Shown here one piece after another: positions 58,220 to 64,000 of a DNA stretch of 64,000 bases (position 1 is the first letter of the stretch; each line of letters begins with the position of its first letter). A model generated the notes under the pieces. That model ran no database searches, was not told the origin of the DNA, and saw only the letters and a program-made list of their open reading frames with translations. The DNA is from Selaginella moellendorffii. Taxonomy: Eukaryota > Plantae > Lycopodiophyta. Where the stretch lies: contig NW_003314264.1 of assembly GCF_000143415.4 (NCBI RefSeq), positions 3,585,229 to 3,649,228 on the forward strand, written 5' to 3'. The translations under genes and the position numbers were made by a program.

Positions 58220-59494
58220 ATGAAAAAAGGCGTGACAGGGATCTTCTACGCGATCAGCGAGCAGCAGGAGCGATCGATCCTCCTCCGCCACTACTCCGTC
58301 GCGCCTGCGCTCCTTCGCTACTTCAGCTCTAAGGGATCGGCCTCCTCCACCGGCGAGACGCACACGCCGCCGCCATCGGTGAAACCCAGTAACAGCGGCA
58401 GCGCTGGCGGCGATGGCACTGCCAAGCCTGTGCTCTCACATTACTGGGGGATCGTCACCAAGAGGCCGGTTCGCGAGGATGGCAAGGCTTGGCCTTGGAA
58501 TTCGTTCAGGGTAAACTAAGCTCTTCTTTTTGGGTTTTGGTTTTCTTTGCTTTGTGCTAGCTCGTCACCATCTTCATTGATGAATGGATGGATTTTTTGT
58601 TTTGTTTTTTTTTTTCTTGCAGCCTACCGATGCTTACACTCCAGATGTGAGCATTGATCTCAAAAAGCACCACACTCCACTGTCGTTCGTGGACAAGTTC
58701 GCCTACTGGACCGTGAAAGCGATGCGTTTGCCCACAGACATTTTCTTCCAGGCAAGATATCTTTCTCTCTTTCTATCCTTTGAATATGAATGAGCATGTT
58801 TATGTTGAATCCTTGCGAAGCTCCTGGGGATCAAACGAGTTTTTAGTTTGCTAGTCTTATAAACTTGGACTGGTTTTATTTTTGCAGCGACGATACGGCT
58901 GCCGAGCGATGATGCTCGAGACTGTCGCTGCGGTCCCGGGGATGGTCGGGGGGATGCTGCTGCACTGCCGCTCGCTTCGCCGGTTCGAGCACAGCGGGGG
59001 ATGGATCAAAGCGCTGCTGGAGGAGGCCGAGAACGAGCGCATGCACCTCATGACTTTCATGGAGGTGGTGCAACCAAAGTGGTACGAGCGAGCGCTGGTG
59101 TTTGCGGTCCAGGGCGTCTTCTTCAACGCCTACATGGTGTGCTACATCGCCTTCCCCCGCCTCGCGCACCGCATCGTCGGCTACCTCGAGGAGGAGGCAA
59201 TCCACTCGTACACCGAGTACATCAAAGAGATCGACAAGGGAAACATCCCAAACACGCCGGCGCCCGCCATCGCCATCGACTACTGGAGGCTGCCAAAGGA
59301 CGCCAAGATCCGCGACGTTGTCCAAGTTGTCCGCGCCGACGAGGCTCACCACCGGGACGTGAACCACTTCGCAGCGGTAAGCCTCGGATGCAAAAAGAAG
59401 GGATGGGAGTTCTAACGAGTTTGCTCACGCGCAGGATATTCATCTCAAAGGCAAGCAGCTGCGAGAGGCCCCCGCTCCACTAGGATACCACTGA
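58220..59494 (+). CDS. AOX: Mitochondrial alternative oxidase; exons 58220-58510, 58623-58751, 58888-59376, 59436-59494
   Basis: [53 protein letters not shown]. Confidence 0.95.
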
Positions 59495-59599
59495 GGATCA
59501 CTGGAGATCGCCATAGCCAAGTAAAACAAGGTCAGGACTTTGCTATCTTCTGCAAGCTCGTTTCATTTACTAGAAGTTTCGATTTGCTTTCAAGAGTGT

Positions 59600-60662
59600 T
59601 GCTTTCTCTGGAAACCATTTGCTCAAACGTTTTCTTCTTGACAGCGTTTGAGCAGAAAGGCTTCCACTGTCATGCCCGGTCCAAATGCCACAAGAGCTCC
59701 CCACCGGCATGGATCTTCGCCACCTTTCACTGCTCGTCGTCAATCACAAAGAGGCACGCCGCGCAGGACATGTTTCCACAATCGGCAAGAACGTGTCTGC
59801 TCGCAGCAAGCTTGTGGCGATAGAGCTCCAAAGCTTGCTCAACAGCATCCAGGATCGCTGGTCCGCCCGGATGAACAGCCCAAAACAAATCGTGGTAGCT
59901 CGGGAAGCCCGGAAGAACTCGAGACATAACTTGGGCGATGTTGGTGGATATGGCTCGAGGCACCTCCCGCGAGAGATCTACGTGCAAGCCGCTGGGCCGG
60001 AGTTTGATCGTGATGTGCTCGCTGGTGTCAGGGACTAGAACTTGAGCCGCGGAGGAGATTTCAAAGAGTGGTTTTTCCTGGAGCTCGAGAGAGGAGCTGG
60101 AGCCGACGATGACGGAGCTGGCTCCATCGCCGAAAAGAACCGTGCTGATCATCATCGACACGTCGCGGAGGTCTGCGGCGATGTGATATCACAGCATGCG
60201 ACGAGGACACGCGCTCCGGGAGAGCTGTCCGCGATGGTTTTGGCGATCCGGAGTGCCGTTCCTAGACGAGGTGAGTGATGCTCGAGGCTGGTCGTCCCCA
60301 CTCATCCAGAGCGTTTCGTGCAGCTCTGGCCGCTAGCTCTGGGACTCGCTCGTTCGCCACCGCAAAGCTCTTCTCCAGGGACCGGGAAGATGTTTCGTCT
60401 GGGTCGAAGCGCGGGAGCACGGAGAAGTGCCGCCTTTTGATGCCCGACTTCTCACCTTCGGGAAGAGACAGTGAGCTGGGATGAGCGAAACGAGCAGAAG
60501 AGTGAGTGGCAACTTACAAAGTTTTCGCATTTTCGGCTTGATGAGAGTGCTCCTCCGCCTCGCTGAAGTAGGAGTCGACGAAGTCTCTCTGCGAGCAAGC
60601 ATCTGGTGGGAGAGCGGTGCCGATGGCGAGGATGGTTGCCATGCTCGGAAGGGTGTCAACAT
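59600..60662 (-). pseudogene. Type III polyketide synthase (chalcone synthase-like) pseudogene
   Basis: EKSGIKRRH, EWGRPASSITHLV*, LFGDGAS, HPGGPAIL, GNMS, FGPGMTVE; catalytic-Cys segment deleted, stops and frameshifts. Confidence 0.85.
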
Positions 60663-61217
60663 TCTTTACGAGAACTTCGCATTATATTCTGTGAGAGAAC
60701 TTTGTCCAGTGTGCTTGGGCTGACTTGCTATAGCCGTGTTGATCTCACTGTGATGTCACTGATACAAACACTTCCAACGTAGTTATAACGGAAACTTGAT
60801 CCTCGCCCAAGTTGCGATTGTGATGATCAAATGCGAGTACAACGTTTCAAGGTTATCACGAGATAAGCTAGGAAAGCTTTGCTAAAACCCAATTGAAAAC
60901 TCTCCACTCACTTTTGATACCAGATCGCCATGTCTGCTCGTCACTCTTCACTTGATCATCACATTGTGAGAATCTTTGATCACGGTCGAGACGAATCCAT
61001 TCTTCTGGAGCTATATCTTGTCGCATGGATTCTCAGGCACCGGCCACCATCTTTCTCCTACTTTAAACACCAAACTTGAGCATGGAAGTCAAAAGTGGCA
61101 GCAAGGGAGCTTCCAATTTCCCTGTGACGCGGATGGACGGACTTTACACTCTCCAATCGAACTCCTTTTTCACTGCCACTCGGAGCTCGAGAGAAGCTCG
61201 AGGACCAACTGATCAGT

Positions 61218-61682
61218 TCATGGGACAAGCTCGTCTTCTGTTGCAAAGACGTACGCGTTCCCTGTATGGCTCGGGCCCGACGGCGGGACTGGAGTGTTCT
61301 TGGGCAGCATCTGCGAGAAGAATGAGCCACCGCGATCGTCCCTGGGAGAGTCGAAAGAGAAGCGTTCGCCACCGCTGTGAAAATCCAGCTCCGAGCTTGG
61401 AGAAGCAGCAGCAGCAGCTTCTTCTCGGCGCGATCGATGAGAGTAGCTTGCAGAAGGAACTGTTGCTGTGTCGCTTGATTTTGGAGCACCAGGAGTGAAA
61501 GAACTCGCTAGACTTCTCGAATCTGTGTCACTGCTGCCTAAGTGCCTCCACTGCAAGCCAAATCTCCTCGCAGCACACTGTGAAGTCTTCCACTGGAATC
61601 CCATCAGTATCCACAAGCTCAAGACCACCAACACCGGCCGAAAGCTTCCTCTTGTCCTCCTGCTGCTAAATCCAAAAGCCAT
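61218..61682 (-). CDS. IDL: Secreted peptide precursor, IDA/IDA-LIKE type
   Basis: N-terminal hydrophobic signal (PVLVVLSLWILMGF..SQCA), variable middle, C-terminal FFSQMLPKNTPVPPSGPSHTGN. Confidence 0.72.
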   Translation of the reverse strand: MAFGFSSRRTRGSFRPVLVVLSLWILMGFQWKTSQCAARRFGLQWRHLGSSDTDSRSLASSFTPGAPKSSDTATVPSASYSHRSRREEAAAAASPSSELDFHSGGERFSFDSPRDDRGGSFFSQMLPKNTPVPPSGPSHTGNAYVFATEDELVP

Positions 61683-62465
61683 GCTCGCCGACGCCGACGA
61701 TGATTTGAGCTGACAAGCGAGCATGGAAGTGGAGGGAGTTGCCGCTGCTGCTTGTCTCGAGAGCCTTGTCGTCATCTCTGGAGCCGGACCACAGGAATAG
61801 ATTCGATGACGAAGTGCGCGAATCGTGAGACTAGATAGTGGCTGCCCAGCATCGCGCATGGATTGAGGAGCACGCTGTTCTTCCAAGAGATAGTGAGAGA
61901 GCATTAACTCCTCCGTGTTTCCCTCCAGTCCAGCATGGAAACAAACCGAAGCAAGGCTCCAACAACACGTCAAGAAGAAAGGAAAAAGAAATGCGAGAAA
62001 GAGTAAGTTACCGCGGCAATGCTGACTCCGTGAGAAAATGCGAGGACAACAGTTGGTTTACCACTGTTTTGCGAAGACTTTCGAGCACGGGGCCAATGGG
62101 GAGGCCTCCACAATCCATCGTGGGAAGGAAGAAGGCAGCGTTTCAAGCGAGAGTGGATCGAAAAAACCTGCGAGTCAATGGTGGCAGCAGCAGCAGCCAC
62201 ACAGACGCTAGATTCAAGGCCCGGAATTATTACAATAGTGCCACCTTTTGGAAGAAAAAAAGAAAAGAAAAACACGAGACAAGCTTTAGCTTCTCATCAA
62301 CGAAACGCATCTCATCACTCACAGCGTTAAAAAGGAGTTTTTTGCGCGCTTTCTATCCATCGCTGTAAAAGTTTGAATGCACTGGGCAAAGATCAATGAG
62401 TAGAATAAGCAAGGAAGCGAAAGTTTTCTTACCGTGAAGAAGAAGAACAAGGGAAAACTTTGGTT

Positions 62466-63630
62466 TCACGAGAGCCTGGCGAGCATCTTAACTTGCTCGC
62501 TCACAGCTGCTAGTTCCGCTTCTTTGTTGTCAAGTCGAGCTTGGAGCTTGTCATTCTCGAGCATGAGCTTTTGGACCTCGGCCTCTTTGTTTCGTTTTCC
62601 AGCTTCCAGGCCGCCAACACGAGCTGTTAGCCTGAAAAGAAAGATAGAAAACACTATTACAAAAAGAGAGGATTTTTTTCTAGATATCCTTCACGCAAAG
62701 CTTCCTGTGAAAATCGATATGAAAAGAGGAACAAAAGGAGATGAGCTTTACCGCTCGGAGATTCTCTCCACTTCTTCGATGCGTCTCTCCATCGATCTTA
62801 TGGTCTCGCGAGCTTTTACCAGGCTATCCACGCTCGATCTTAGAATCCCAAAGTCACGCCGGACTTTGGAGAGCTCCTGCTCGTTCTCGTTGGCACGGTG
62901 CCGCTGCCGCGACGTCTCCATCTCCATGTCCTCGAGCTTGACTTGCATCTCCTTTAGAATCCCGCTGGTTCCCATCGCCACCCTCTCCATCTCCTCCACG
63001 CGACACCACATCTCCTCGATCTGTATAGACTTCCTCGTCACCTCCTCCTCGCTCATCCTCGCCCGGACTCGCTCCACGTCCACCTCCGCCTCGGCTACGA
63101 TCGCCCTCTTGAGCAAAGCTTCCATGGCATCCGCGACCTGTGCCACCGCCACCGTCGTCCGCTGGACGTACTCCACCTCCCCTCGCTCGGACAAGCTTCG
63201 CAAGACGTTACTCTCGATGGCGGCCACGAGTTCGTCGCTCAATCCCCGCGCTCCTCCGGCACAATCGTTCTCGTCTGGATTCGTCGCTGCCCCTTTGAGC
63301 CAATCCGCCATTGGGACGCCCCTCTTGTCGACATAGCCCACGCCTTCTTTCTTCCGGATGCCGCACGAGGCGAAGGCGTACCTTGGAACAGCCATGACTC
63401 TGGCCTTGGATTTGAGGTACGCGAGGAGCGTCTCCACTGTGGTGGCTCGATCCTGCAGCACTTGGAGTCCCTCCATTCCCGTGGCTTTGTTTTTCACCAC
63501 TCCACCGATTCAACCGCTTACATTCTGTGGAATAAGTGTCTTTCTGCCCTAAAAATGACTTGACCAATACCTGAAGCGAGAAAGGTGGCAGCTTCCCATT
63601 TGTAAGGATTTCGTGTGTACTTATCCTGAA
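62466..63630 (-). CDS. Coiled-coil protein, CDPK-adaptor CAP2 / kinectin-related family; 5' end disrupted or uncertain
   Basis: LLAYLKSKARVMAVP..SCGIRKKEGVGYVDKRGVP; ENEQELSKVRRDF; KEAEVQKLMLENDKL. Confidence 0.7.
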
Positions 63631-64000
63631 AGCCTGGAGAAACATTGACACATCGGTGGATTAGGCACTATTGTAAAGCATCCTTCACTCTAAACCAAAA
63701 ACAAAAATTTGTATATTAATATAAGTTATATAATTATATTATTCTGCTTAAGCAAACCTGTAGAATTTTCTTGGATATTCTAAAATATTCTAACTCATTT
63801 AGATTAATTATAATTTATAAATTTTCCTAAACACTTCCTAGTATATTCTAGTTTATTCTACCAGCTAATGGTTAATATTCAAAGATTAATCTTGTATTTG
63901 TAAATTATAAAAATATTTATAATTATAAACCTTCATTTGATCAATTAGATTAATAAATAGAAATAACACTATTATTAAGCAAACCAAAAAACTAAATTAA

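Noticed and set aside
19582-59494. Common redox theme linking RCA cysteine gain and AOX cysteine loss
   Set aside because: The genes are ~38 kb apart with unrelated genes between; no sequence evidence of linkage.
62434-63336. 300-aa plus-strand ORF
   Set aside because: Antisense shadow of the coiled-coil gene; Ser/Thr-rich mirror composition.

Overview
Gene-dense land-plant nuclear DNA with introns mostly 40-90 nt and four intronless PLS-class PPR genes. This fits a lycophyte such as Selaginella (inference from architecture, not a search). About 30 protein-coding genes or gene relics and one tRNA-His were recognised, including: CRF-type AP2/ERF, ATL RING-H2, UBC E2, cyclophilins CYP23 and CYP26-2, GDSL lipase, Rubisco activase, LPA3, F-box/kelch, RIN4/NOI, bHLH, OEP16, FORGETTER1, RNase H, ZIP transporter, SNAPc3, LPP, SBP-box, AOX, IDA-like peptide and CAP2-like coiled-coil. 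Three observations stand out. (1) The Rubisco activase redox C-terminal extension (C-x18-C) is repeated four times, each copy on its own exon, and is apparently followed by hidden micro-exons adding a hydrophobic tail. (2) An SBP-box transcription factor is spliced in frame to a LINE-derived domain, and its promoter carries 11 SBP-binding GTAC cores. (3) A duplicated and partly inverted LINE-PPR-AOX block contains an intact orphan gene. Exon boundaries were read by eye, and family assignments are from recalled motifs, not database searches.
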